Origin: an uncultured delta proteobacterium
GTDB taxonomy: Bacteria > Desulfobacterota > RBG-13-43-22
NCBI GenBank assembly: GCA_963802945.1
Contig: CAWDKY010000016.1
Coordinates: 32,001 to 96,000 of the forward strand
Length of the DNA stretch: 64,000 nucleotides
Direction of reading: 5' to 3'
This document shows positions 18,788 to 27,714 of this stretch, one piece after another. The notes under the pieces are model-generated. The model saw only the letters and a program-made list of their open reading frames with translations, made no database searches and was not told the DNA's origin. Both the position numbers and the translations under genes were made by a program. Numbering within the stretch: position 1 is the first letter of the stretch; each line of letters starts with the position of its first letter.

Positions 18788-19984
18788 TCAACTCCTTTCT
18801 TCTTTTAAAAATTTGGTATAAAGCGGAGACATCTGCCGTAATTTTGTTACGATGGGAGGAAATTTTTCCAGCACATAATCTATATCGTCCTCTTGGGTGC
18901 CCAAGCCCAATGTGAGCAGCAACGAACCCTGGGCGATTTCATGGGACAAGCCCATAGCGATGAGAACATGCGAGGCTTTTAGGGCCTTCGAGGTGCAGGC
19001 CGAGCCGCTGGATACGGCAATACCGCTCATGTTCATGAGCATCAGCATGGCTTCCCCTTCTATAAATTCAACGCAGAAGCTGGCATGATGAGGAAGCCGC
19101 CGAAGGGGATGACCGGTGAGCACCACATGATCGATTTTTTCCAGCATCCCTTTAATCAATCGGTCACGGATTCTAGAAAGCCGACCGGCGCGTGAACCCA
19201 TATCCCTCATTGCAATCTCGGCGGCCTTGCCCAATCCGATGAAGGCGGGCACGTCCTCCGTACCCGGCCTTCTTCCATTTTCCTGGATGCCCCCATCCAT
19301 CATGGGGATCAAGCGGACTCCTTTACGGACCCATAATGCCCCGGAACCCTTGGGACCATAAAACTGATTTCCGGCCAGGCTCAAGGCATCAACCTTAAGT
19401 TCTTTGACATCGATCGGCACATTTCCGGTGCTGGCAACCGCATCGGTATGGAAAAGAATTCCAGCCTCCTTTACTTTTTTGGCGATCTCCAAAATGGGTT
19501 GAATAGTACCCACCTCTCCATTGGAGTGCATAATGGATACCAGAACAGTATCTTTTTTGATTTTATTAACTACCTCATCCGGATCGATCAGGCCGTATTT
19601 ATCAACCGGTACCAGGCTGAGTTCATATCCGTCCTTTTCCATCCTGCGGACAGTATTAAGCACTGAAAAATGCTCTATGGCCGAAACCACGATGTGCTTC
19701 CCTTTAGCGGCCTGCCCTTGAGCCAACCCTTTTATGGCCAGATTATTGGATTCGGTGCCGCTCCCGGTGAAGATTATTTCATCGGTGTTGCCGTTGATCA
19801 GTGCGGCGACCTGGTCACGGGCGGTATCCAGGGCCTCACGACTCTGATCACCCCAGTCATGAATGGACTGAGGATTGCCGTAAATATCCTTGAGAAAGGG
19901 AAGCATGGCCTCAATCACCTCAGGTAATACCGGCGCCCCGGCAATATAATCGAGATAAACTTTTCGACTCATTGTCGTTTCCAT
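18788..19984 (-). CDS. iscS: Cysteine desulfurase NifS/IscS
   Basis: HTDAVA, SSGSACTS catalytic Cys; the PLP region reads AGNQFYGPKG instead of the usual SxHKxxGPKG. Confidence 0.9.
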   Translation of the reverse strand: METTMSRKVYLDYIAGAPVLPEVIEAMLPFLKDIYGNPQSIHDWGDQSREALDTARDQVAALINGNTDEIIFTGSGTESNNLAIKGLAQGQAAKGKHIVVSAIEHFSVLNTVRRMEKDGYELSLVPVDKYGLIDPDEVVNKIKKDTVLVSIMHSNGEVGTIQPILEIAKKVKEAGILFHTDAVASTGNVPIDVKELKVDALSLAGNQFYGPKGSGALWVRKGVRLIPMMDGGIQENGRRPGTEDVPAFIGLGKAAEIAMRDMGSRAGRLSRIRDRLIKGMLEKIDHVVLTGHPLRRLPHHASFCVEFIEGEAMLMLMNMSGIAVSSGSACTSKALKASHVLIAMGLSHEIAQGSLLLTLGLGTQEDDIDYVLEKFPPIVTKLRQMSPLYTKFLKEERS

Positions 19985-20291
19985 AATTAGGTTACCTCCT
20001 TATTCCATTTTGGATCTGACCCTCTCTGAGCCATTTCTACAGGGTAGTCTAAAAGGGTATTGACTAAGATTTTCTGAATCCTGCCATATATTTTTAAAAA
20101 TAATCATAAGGGGTATATTAGTCAATAAACACCTCTGCATCGGCTCTCTGTTTCTGGTCCTCTAATTCGACCATTCCTTATCTTTCCCGAAAACAAGGGA
20201 AGGGATTTATGAATGTTTTCACCCTGACGATATTCATAATCATTTCATGCAAATAACAGCAAAATAAGTTAATTCCTTTAGAAATTTATTA

Positions 20292-20840
20292 TCAGTTCCC
20301 GGCTACTAATTTTTCGGCTTCACTGATTTTATTTTTGTATATTTGGTGGATCAGGTTTTTATCGAATTCCCATTCCTCCAGCAGCATGGCCTCTTTTTCT
20401 TCCTGAGTGAAGTAATTCATAATAGGCATGAAAAAGTGCTTGTCTTCCTTCTCGATATGCTTAGGATAAAAGTCGACCAGGAATTTCATCCGGTCGAGCA
20501 TGAGGGCTAAAGCTTTCGGGTCCCCTTTTAAATATCTTCCTTTGGCTTCAACCAGATCGGCAACGGTCTTCCTCCCTTGCTGATGTTCTTCAACCAATTC
20601 ATTCACAATCTGTTTATGTTCCCCGGATAAGGGTTTTTGGTTTAAGTCCCGGAAGAGGATATCTTCTTCTTTTCCGTGGTGGCATCGGTCGGCATACATC
20701 CGAATGAAATCAACGGCCAAATCGATAAATTCAAGGTTTATTTTTCCTTGTTGCTCCATTCGAGCAATTTCTTTTTTAATCACCGCGATCATCTTTTCGA
20801 TCAGCCGGTGTTCGATCATGAGGGGACCTATGGGTAACAT
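20292..20840 (-). CDS. Hemerythrin/HHE cation-binding protein
   Basis: EHRLIE, CHHGKEEDILF, EEHQQGR, HIEKED. Confidence 0.88.
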   Translation of the reverse strand: MLPIGPLMIEHRLIEKMIAVIKKEIARMEQQGKINLEFIDLAVDFIRMYADRCHHGKEEDILFRDLNQKPLSGEHKQIVNELVEEHQQGRKTVADLVEAKGRYLKGDPKALALMLDRMKFLVDFYPKHIEKEDKHFFMPIMNYFTQEEKEAMLLEEWEFDKNLIHQIYKNKISEAEKLVAGN

Positions 20841-20852
20841 GGTATAACCTCC

Positions 20853-21506
20853 TTATATGTTTTTTGTTCTTTTAGAGGTCCTTTTTTTAAAAGGAACGAC
20901 CACAGGGATTTCTATCTTAACGGCCTTCTCAAATATCGGCCAGGCCTTTTCCATATGTTCTGAGATGTTGAACTTCCCTTTGCTCAAATACCAGAAGATG
21001 GCCGGAGGTTGAACAAGTCCCAAAAAGATGACCGAAACCGTATCCGGATCAAGGCCGGGCTTGATTTGGCCCAGGCGCTGTCCGCGAGCGACCAGTTTGG
21101 CGACCTGGCCCAGAATTCCCCGAATAAGTTGATACACGGCTGTTCTTCTCTGAGGATGAGCGGTGGATACTTCTTCGGAAAAAATAATCCTGGGGATGGC
21201 CTGAAATTCTTGGACCATCTCCAGGTGACGCAACATTAGGAATCTAAGTTGTTCCAGGGGGGAAGGTGATTCCTTTTGTACCTGGCGAATATTTTCAACA
21301 ATCAATTCCTGAATCAGCCCCAAGGTCGCCTCCAGGATTTCCTTTTTCCCTTTATAATGCCGGTAAAGGGCCGAAGGGACCAACCCGACCTGCCGGGCCA
21401 CGGCAGCAACACTTAATTCTTTCATTCCCTTACGGGCAATCAGGGCCATAGCCGCCCCGGCGATTTGTTTCTTACGGGTTTCGCTGTTTTGTTTTTCGGC
21501 TCTCAT
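20853..21506 (-). CDS. TetR/AcrR transcriptional regulator
   Basis: HTH LSVAAVARQVGLVPSALYRHYKGKKEIL. Confidence 0.9.
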   Translation of the reverse strand: MRAEKQNSETRKKQIAGAAMALIARKGMKELSVAAVARQVGLVPSALYRHYKGKKEILEATLGLIQELIVENIRQVQKESPSPLEQLRFLMLRHLEMVQEFQAIPRIIFSEEVSTAHPQRRTAVYQLIRGILGQVAKLVARGQRLGQIKPGLDPDTVSVIFLGLVQPPAIFWYLSKGKFNISEHMEKAWPIFEKAVKIEIPVVVPFKKRTSKRTKNI

Positions 21507-21516
21507 GATGGATAAC

Positions 21517-21565
21517 AATAGTGAATTCTGATTCACTATTTTAAAACATTAAACTGGCCTGTCAA
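21517..21565 (-). promoter_or_regulatory. TetR autoregulatory operator and promoter
   Basis: Perfect inverted repeat AATAGTGAAT-TCTG-ATTCACTATT (21517-21540) overlapping the -10 of TTGACA-16-TAAAAT. Confidence 0.7.
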
Positions 21566-21671
21566 GAAAAAATATCGCCTTAAATCGCCGTTCCAGCTTA
21601 CCCGTGGATAAGCCGTTTAGAAATAAGGGGGGAATCCGAGAGGAACTCTTAAGCAGACTTTGCTCGAAGGA

Positions 21672-21755
21672 AAAGGGTTAATCATTCCCTCATTCTTTCC
21701 GAAGCTCCTGTTTTTCCAAAATCGGGTTTCGAATTTACAACATGAGTCAAGAGCA
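21672..21755. repeat. 84-bp direct repeat, copy 1
   Basis: Colinear with 25229-25312, about 12 mismatches by eye. Confidence 0.8.
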
Positions 21756-21784
21756 AAATCCTTTGCCATGGGGTACCCGCTATT

Positions 21785-22834
21785 TCAAGGATGGTCGAAT
21801 CCGTACTTTTTTTTCATCGTCTGAGAAATTTGGCTGGTGATTTTCAATGCCCGATCGGCCTCCTCGGGCGACAGGAGGACCGTCTCACAAGAGGGCAATA
21901 CCCAGGAAGACTCTAACAAAATATTTTTGTCGATCCCTTGTTGCACCAATTGTTCGATGCCTTGCTCCAGCCTTTGCATAAGGCTCTCCGTGGTTTCCCC
22001 TTGGAGAAGATCGCTGACCACCGGGACAATACCCCAGCCCAACATCCCTCCCCGTTTTAAAAAGGATTGAAGTTCTTTGGGATAAAGGGCAACATTCTGC
22101 GCATGCTGAAAGGCGTCGAAATTGACGACTTGTGCCTCGGAGCTTAAAAGGAGAGACCAATCAATATTGGCGCAGCAGTGCACCCAGGTGATTCCCTCCA
22201 AATGGGCAAAGCTCAAGTTGATGGCCTCGATGATCTCTTCCCGGGAGCCGGTACCGGCCGAAGAAGTAAAATTGACCAGGGTGGTCTCCGGCAAATCGGC
22301 TACCACCTCAATATCCGGAATTTCCGACTTAATCTTTTTTTCCAGCCACCGGGCTTTGGCATTCAGACCCTTGATCAATATATCCCGCAACGTTTCGTTG
22401 TGGATCGAGGGGGTGCCGTCCGCCTGTTTGAGCATATCTCCAAATAACAATGGTCCGGAGGTATGAAATACCACCCATTTGAGTTTGGAAGGTCGGGATT
22501 GTCGTATCCGTTCGAGCATATGATAAAAAAATGGGGCGGTTTTGGGAGTGGTTGCGAAATAGTCCAAATCATCGGCATCAATCCGGTCATAGAACTCCAA
22601 AATTTCCCCTTCTCTTTCGGTTGACAGATCGAAATAAACGATTCGTCTTTCCCGGTCGAACACCAGGCAGGGGATCCCCTCCAGCATCCAGCGAATACCC
22701 CTGGTCATGATCGGAAGACAAGGCGCTTCCGGAAAACATTCCAGGATGGTATCAGCAGCCCAATCCATGTCGCGATAGGGCACCGCCCCCATCATCGTTC
22801 CGGCAAAACGAGGTCTTTGATGCATTTTTAACAT
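21785..22834 (-). CDS. Cobalamin-independent methionine synthase catalytic-domain-like (core MetE/URO-D fold) protein
   Basis: WVHCCANIDW, LGWGIVP, LPSCE Zn-ligand pattern; single barrel, 349 aa. Confidence 0.65.
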   Translation of the reverse strand: MLKMHQRPRFAGTMMGAVPYRDMDWAADTILECFPEAPCLPIMTRGIRWMLEGIPCLVFDRERRIVYFDLSTEREGEILEFYDRIDADDLDYFATTPKTAPFFYHMLERIRQSRPSKLKWVVFHTSGPLLFGDMLKQADGTPSIHNETLRDILIKGLNAKARWLEKKIKSEIPDIEVVADLPETTLVNFTSSAGTGSREEIIEAINLSFAHLEGITWVHCCANIDWSLLLSSEAQVVNFDAFQHAQNVALYPKELQSFLKRGGMLGWGIVPVVSDLLQGETTESLMQRLEQGIEQLVQQGIDKNILLESSWVLPSCETVLLSPEEADRALKITSQISQTMKKKYGFDHP

Positions 22835-22938
22835 CTTTCAACTCCGATATTATTCCTGAAACCTTTGTCTTGTCTGTTTAGCTCGACCCGGCTCTTTTTG
22901 TGCAAAGAGTTTAATGAACGATTTGGTCAATGAAAATC

Positions 22939-23814
22939 TTATTTGCCCGTGGGAACCTCGGGATAAAGTATTGAGCCGGCTTTCATATAGCGCGTCATGT
23001 GGCGCATCTCTACGATTAATTGGTTGCTGTCCCGCTCCAACATTTGAGTATCAAACCATAAATATTCCGTTTTACTGGTCGCACCCACGGCAATAATCTT
23101 GCTTTTTACTTGGTAAGAGACACCCATCATTACCGGACCATTGACAAAGCGTAATTCATTGGCACCATAGAAGGATGTCCCCTCGGCTTTAAAAGGAATC
23201 GTTATCTGCATCAGACGCGCCACATGGCTGGGCGGAAGAATCGCCGGTCCCCAGGGAGATTTGCCGGTATTCCATTCCACTGTGTCCTCGCTGGTTCTTA
23301 CCCGTTCGGCCAACTCAGCGGCTGTCACGGATACTTCTTTTATGGGTGACTCCCATCCGATCTCAAGGTCTTTGAGAATGCGCAGCTCGTTCTTTGGGCT
23401 ACTTTTTAGCTCCAGGGTCTGCAAGTATGATGATTCTTTAAGGTTGCCTACAGACAGTGTGCCATGGGCCACTTGATGTCCGTCCCGGGATTCAAGGCGT
23501 GTTTGTACCAGAACATCGCTTTGACCCAAGGGCGGCGAATACATGATTACTCTTAATTCTTCATCGTGCAACAGGGCATAAGTGAAAAACAGGCTGATGA
23601 CCCCTTGTTCGAAACTCCGTTGCCCGAATACTTTTAGGAGAACCGGCGGGAAGAGATCAAGGTGCATGGTGCCGGCGACAACCCCGCCTCTCATTCCAAC
23701 CTTTTTGCCGACCGCGTCATCGTGGATGGAGTGAACCATACTGGCGGCTGCATTGATGGCCTTACGCCATTCCCCATAGATGTTTCCTTCCTGATCCTTT
23801 ATTCCGTTAGACAT
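22939..23814 (-). CDS. Hypothetical double hot-dog (MaoC-like) protein
   Basis: SIHDDAVGKKVGMRGGVVAG, SPWGPAILPP, ELRFVNGPV. Confidence 0.55.
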   Translation of the reverse strand: MSNGIKDQEGNIYGEWRKAINAAASMVHSIHDDAVGKKVGMRGGVVAGTMHLDLFPPVLLKVFGQRSFEQGVISLFFTYALLHDEELRVIMYSPPLGQSDVLVQTRLESRDGHQVAHGTLSVGNLKESSYLQTLELKSSPKNELRILKDLEIGWESPIKEVSVTAAELAERVRTSEDTVEWNTGKSPWGPAILPPSHVARLMQITIPFKAEGTSFYGANELRFVNGPVMMGVSYQVKSKIIAVGATSKTEYLWFDTQMLERDSNQLIVEMRHMTRYMKAGSILYPEVPTGK

Positions 23815-24050
23815 AACCTCATACCTCCTCTGAAATATTTTGTAGAAATGTTAAATGTAATCATCAAGGAGAATCTTGTTGGCCTCTCCCTGTAAATCTC
23901 CGTCAGTGATGAAAATCAGAACAAGTCTATCCTCAACTTCCGGTAAATATTTTTTTTGCCTAGTAGCCGACCTGATCTCTTGGACTACTGGGTCTAGCCC
24001 GGATTCTTTAACATAAGTCTGAGCCAGCTTCAAATACTTTTTTTCAGCTT

Positions 24051-24818
24051 CTACTTAGGCGCCATGCGCAAGGCCCCGTCCAGACGAATAGTCTCACCGT
24101 TGATGTAGGGATTGATAAGAATATGTTCAACAAGGAGGGCGAATTCCTCGGGGACCCCCACTCTTTTGGGAAATGGAACGGATTCATTGAGGGCCTTTAT
24201 GTTGTCCGGCGGCAGCATCATCAGCAAGGGCGTTTTGAAAATACCCGGAGCAATGGTGTTCACCCGGATTCCCAGACCGGAAAGGTCGCGGGCCATAGGC
24301 AGCGTCATTCCAACGACTCCACTCTTGGAAGCCGCATAGGCCGTCTGCCCGATCTGACCGTCAAAGGCAGCGGTACTGGCCACGTTGACAATGACTCCCC
24401 GCTCTCCATTTTCATCCGGCGCATTAGCGGTCATGGCCAAGGCTGACTTGCTGGCCACGTTAAAGGTCCCTATCAAATTCAAGCGTACAATCTTCTTAAA
24501 AGTGTCCAGATTATGGGCCCCGGTCTTGGACACCGTTCGTTCCGCCCAGCCGGTTCCCGCACAATTGATGCAAAAGTGAATGCCGCCGAACAGTTCTTTG
24601 GCTTTCTGGATCGCTTTATTAACATCCTCTTCGGCGGTAACATCGCATTTGATAAAATAAACGCCTTTACCTAATTCCGAAGCAAACGCCTGACCTGCTT
24701 CTTCCTGTACATCCAAGATGATTACATTCCCATCCGCCGCAACAATCCTCTTTACCGCAGCGGCCCCCAGGCCGGAGGCTCCTCCGGTTATTAGTGCCGT
24801 CCTATTTTTAATATCCAT
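24051..24818 (-). CDS. SDR, type II 3-hydroxyacyl-CoA dehydrogenase (HSD10-like)
   Basis: TGGASGLG, ERGVIVNVAS, GQIGQTAYAASK, GETIRLDGALRM. Confidence 0.9.
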   Translation of the reverse strand: MDIKNRTALITGGASGLGAAAVKRIVAADGNVIILDVQEEAGQAFASELGKGVYFIKCDVTAEEDVNKAIQKAKELFGGIHFCINCAGTGWAERTVSKTGAHNLDTFKKIVRLNLIGTFNVASKSALAMTANAPDENGERGVIVNVASTAAFDGQIGQTAYAASKSGVVGMTLPMARDLSGLGIRVNTIAPGIFKTPLLMMLPPDNIKALNESVPFPKRVGVPEEFALLVEHILINPYINGETIRLDGALRMAPK

Positions 24819-25033
24819 CGTCTCCTCCTTTATTTATTTAAGATACGGATAGGGTCGAATCAGATCTGCTCCTGTCGTTCCAACCAATACCTTGCAGCAA
24901 AAGAAATATAATAGAAATTATACACCAAATTGAGGGAAAGTAGTCAAGGGAGAAAGAGATGGTCGCCCGGGGTTAAGCGATTCGGGTACGTTCTTTCAAT
25001 GATGATCCCGGAGAGAAACGGCTTCACCGAAAG

Positions 25034-25223
25034 CCAGTGTAGTGTAATAGTAATCACTCGTCAGTCTTGTCATTCCGGACCCCGTATCAGGTACGGGGCA
25101 GGCCCGATCCGGAATCCAGTCTTTTCAACCTGGATTCCCGCTGGAGTTTATCCCGCACTTGATGCGGGGCGGGAATGACTGCATTAGGGCTATTGTAAAC
25201 CTGTTATTGAGACACTTCACTAG
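25034..25223. repeat. MITE shell containing a REP doublet with nested palindromes
   Basis: CCAGTGTAGTGT...ACACTTCACTAG ends; GTCATTCCGGA[CCCCGTATCAGGTACGGGG]...TCCGGAATCC and GGATTCCCGC[...]GCGGGAATGAC. Confidence 0.65.
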
Positions 25224-25228
25224 GAAGG

Positions 25229-25312
25229 AAAGGGTTGATCCTTCTCTCATCCTTTCCGAAGCCCCTGTTTTTCCAAAAGAGAGCTTTAAATTTACAACCT
25301 GAGTCAAGAGCA
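25229..25312. repeat. 84-bp direct repeat, copy 2
   Basis: Colinear with 21672-21755. Confidence 0.8.
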
Positions 25313-25349
25313 CACTTGACCGCTTTTCTTTTCATAACAGAGCCGCCAG

Positions 25350-25556
25350 CTACTCCCTGAAGACGAATGGAAGTGGTAAGAGAATCACGCCTATAATAAT
25401 CAGCACTATGGTGTTGCTAAATAGATACGGATATCCCATTAGAACAATTCCGGTGATCAGGAAGATCGTCTTGCTTTGTTTCTTGCCATAGACAAAATAA
25501 GCCAACCCAAAAGTTCCTGTGATTATCCAGACTAGAATGTTCGTTACAGAAAACAC
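25350..25556 (-). CDS. Small membrane protein
   Basis: Hydrophobic 68 aa; GLAYFVYGKKQ and LMGYPY motifs. Confidence 0.65.
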   Translation of the reverse strand: MFSVTNILVWIITGTFGLAYFVYGKKQSKTIFLITGIVLMGYPYLFSNTIVLIIIGVILLPLPFVFRE

Positions 25557-25646
25557 TTCTTCTTCACCCTTTCATGGTTTGCTGGATGTCCCTGGTAAGG
25601 TGATTGAGATTCTTCGGCTCCCCCATGGAGGAGATCAATACATGAC

Positions 25647-25713
25647 GCCCAACGTTTGCCTTCACCTGCAAGCGCGCGGCAGCGCGATTGTCAGGTGCAA
25701 GGCTTTGTTAGCC
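25647..25713 (-). mobile_element. Integron attC site
   Basis: GGCTAAC AAAGCCTTGCACCTGAC...GCAGGTGAAGGC AAAC GTTGGGC; R and L boxes with two extrahelical bases; stop codon of the upstream ORF lies in the R'' box. Confidence 0.85.
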
Positions 25714-26484
25714 ACTTCCTTTCATACTTTTTGATAGTTCGCAAAGAAGCCGGTCGATATCGCTAACTTGAAGTGTGTTTAGTGGAAGCCGTACTGTTGT
25801 CTGCAGTTTCTTGGCGGAATGCCTCTCGATGAGCTCCTTTTCGAAAGTACTGCTCAAGTTCACCGCTATAATTAAATGCTGCGAGCTATATCCACACGCC
25901 CGGAAAACAGTAACGTCTCCGGTAAGAAAATGAATTTCAGCGCCACCGATTCTTCTTTCGGGCCACTTTTCTAGAATATACTCAACCTTTCCGCGGTTTT
26001 CGGCACTAAAACGTTGAAGTAGTCCCGCCAAGGACCCTTTCTCTCTACCTGCTTTTTGAGGAGTTGCTTCGTACAATATCATTCCGTTTCGAACTTCCGG
26101 TGGAAGGCCCCTATATATGGGTTCGAGAGCCAGAACACTACCTACATGTTTCTCCATCTCTAAATCATCATGAACCCAACAGATTAGGTAATCTGCACGA
26201 AGGCCTGGATGTTTCTTAAGATCCGACCGGAGTCCACTACTATTCAATTTAAATTCAATTCGAACTTCTTTCCATTCACCTCTCCTGTCGACGCGCACAA
26301 ATGCCTTCGCATCGAGGTATTTGGTATGGGAAAGACCCTCCTTATGCGGGTCTAGTTCAAAGGTCGTAAATGCGAATTGGTGAGGCAGGTACTGCCATAG
26401 CAGCCCCATCATTAGATAAACGCCGTTCTCGGCGTTGGGATAATACATGAGACCAGTAAAGTCATTAGGGAGATTGATATTCAA
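25708..26484 (-). CDS. Integron-cassette-encoded PD-(D/E)XK-like nuclease domain protein
   Basis: E(NGV)...YLDAK...VRIEFK...ADYLICWVHD; TTG start; bounded by GTTAGCA core site and attC. Confidence 0.6.
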   Translation of the reverse strand: MNINLPNDFTGLMYYPNAENGVYLMMGLLWQYLPHQFAFTTFELDPHKEGLSHTKYLDAKAFVRVDRRGEWKEVRIEFKLNSSGLRSDLKKHPGLRADYLICWVHDDLEMEKHVGSVLALEPIYRGLPPEVRNGMILYEATPQKAGREKGSLAGLLQRFSAENRGKVEYILEKWPERRIGGAEIHFLTGDVTVFRACGYSSQHLIIAVNLSSTFEKELIERHSAKKLQTTVRLPLNTLQVSDIDRLLCELSKSMKGSG

Positions 26485-26519
26485 GCTGCATTCCTGTCTT
26501 TTATCTGCATGTTGCTAAC

Positions 26520-26537
26520 GAGCCTGTAGAAAAACTC
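26520..26537. mobile_element. Isolated IS-like end abutting the cassette core site
   Basis: GAGCCTGTAGAAAAACTC immediately adjacent to the GTT crossover point. Confidence 0.35.
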
Positions 26538-26624
26538 CGAGAGATAATTTTTATGCTATTTTCAGGAGTCACTTCTTTACCCTCCCATTCATGAGATCGT
26601 CGATTGTGTAGAGAAGGGACAAAA

Positions 26625-27714
26625 GGGTCACATCTTAATTATTAATTATTTTAGCTCTTAGTCTATCAACTCGTTCTTTTAATTTTGGAGTCTTACTCAC
26701 TTCACTCAAAAAGTTCATATATCGAACTGTGATCCCAGCGCCCGATATCCTTCCAAAGAACTCTCCCAGCTTAACCCCGGATTCTCCAGTTAGATCACGC
26801 GGAAGACAAATTGCCATATCACGGGGCATATTTTTCTTTCGGCCTTTAGATACAATTATTTTTTCATCACAACTAAATTCTTTAGCCACTAATTTTATGA
26901 TTGTTTTCAGGTCAACCCTTGGTTTTAATTTCTTTAATTGCGGGATTTCCTTTTCTTCTTGCCGCAAAGACAGATATCTGTCTTTCACCCAATCCACAAA
27001 ATCCGCCGAGCCAAGTATAAAACCAGCGGTAAGGTCTTTAACAGGATTTTCCAATTCTTCAATCTTAACGCTTTCCACAAAATCTTTGTAATGCTCCTTA
27101 GCCACATTAGCCGTCCTGCCAAACTGAGAAAGCAACCATTCTGTTTCCAGCCATTTCGGTGTCTTGATTTTTCCGATAAAGGCACCATAACTGCTCCAAG
27201 CGTATTCTGCCGGGCTTTCGACCATTTTGGCTCTAACAGGATTTAAGTGGATGTATCGGGAAAGTTCTTTCAGATATTCGTCCGCATCAACTAAAATAGA
27301 TTTAAAACGTCCTTGAAAAAGATGTCCCACCCTGTCACGCTTCCGATTAAAGTAAGCGGCATAGCTGACATGAATCCATTGCATGGCTTTACTTAAATTA
27401 GGCTCAAGGGTTTCAACCAGGCAATGATAATGAGTTCCCATTAGACAGTAAGTGTGAATTTTTAAAGAATACCATTCCACCGCCTTTTCAAGGCATTCAA
27501 GGAATCTTTCCCTGTCTTTTTCATTCTTGAAAATTGAATCACCTGCATTGCCGCGATTCATAACATGATAAAAAGCGCCTGCAAATTCCACTCTCAGCGG
27601 TCTGGCCATAACATTTTTCTGATTGGTTTTCCCTGCTTTCCAAATTAACGCGATGTTTTAAAAGATAAAATTAAAGCAACAAAAAGTCAATAATTAATAT
27701 TTAAGATCTGACCC
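26625..27714 (-). mobile_element. Y1/RAYT element with 26-bp terminal inverted repeats
   Basis: 26625-26650 GGGTCACATCTTAATTATTAATTATT vs reverse complement of 27689-27714 GGGTCAGATCTTAAATATTAATTATT (24/26). Confidence 0.75.
26635..27609 (-). CDS. IS200-like/REP-associated tyrosine transposase (RAYT) with C-terminal DnaA_C-like HTH
   Basis: MARPLR, YHVMNRGN, YCLMGTHYH (HUH), GHLFQGRFKS, YIHLNPVRA, WSSY. Confidence 0.92.
   Translation of the reverse strand: MARPLRVEFAGAFYHVMNRGNAGDSIFKNEKDRERFLECLEKAVEWYSLKIHTYCLMGTHYHCLVETLEPNLSKAMQWIHVSYAAYFNRKRDRVGHLFQGRFKSILVDADEYLKELSRYIHLNPVRAKMVESPAEYAWSSYGAFIGKIKTPKWLETEWLLSQFGRTANVAKEHYKDFVESVKIEELENPVKDLTAGFILGSADFVDWVKDRYLSLRQEEKEIPQLKKLKPRVDLKTIIKLVAKEFSCDEKIIVSKGRKKNMPRDMAICLPRDLTGESGVKLGEFFGRISGAGITVRYMNFLSEVSKTPKLKERVDRLRAKIINN

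Noticed and set aside
20045-20127. IscR/Rrf2 operator upstream of iscS (TATTGACTAA...TTAGTCAATA)
   Set aside because: Half-sites are about 50 bp apart, which does not fit known IscR motifs; one is simply the -35 box, and no Rrf2 gene is nearby
23851-24033. 60-aa ORF between the SDR and the hot-dog gene
   Set aside because: TTG start, no RBS, no recognisable motif; at most a remnant
25330-25349. Second attC after the small membrane protein gene (GTTATGA core-like)
   Set aside because: No RYYYAAC inverse core or paired L boxes
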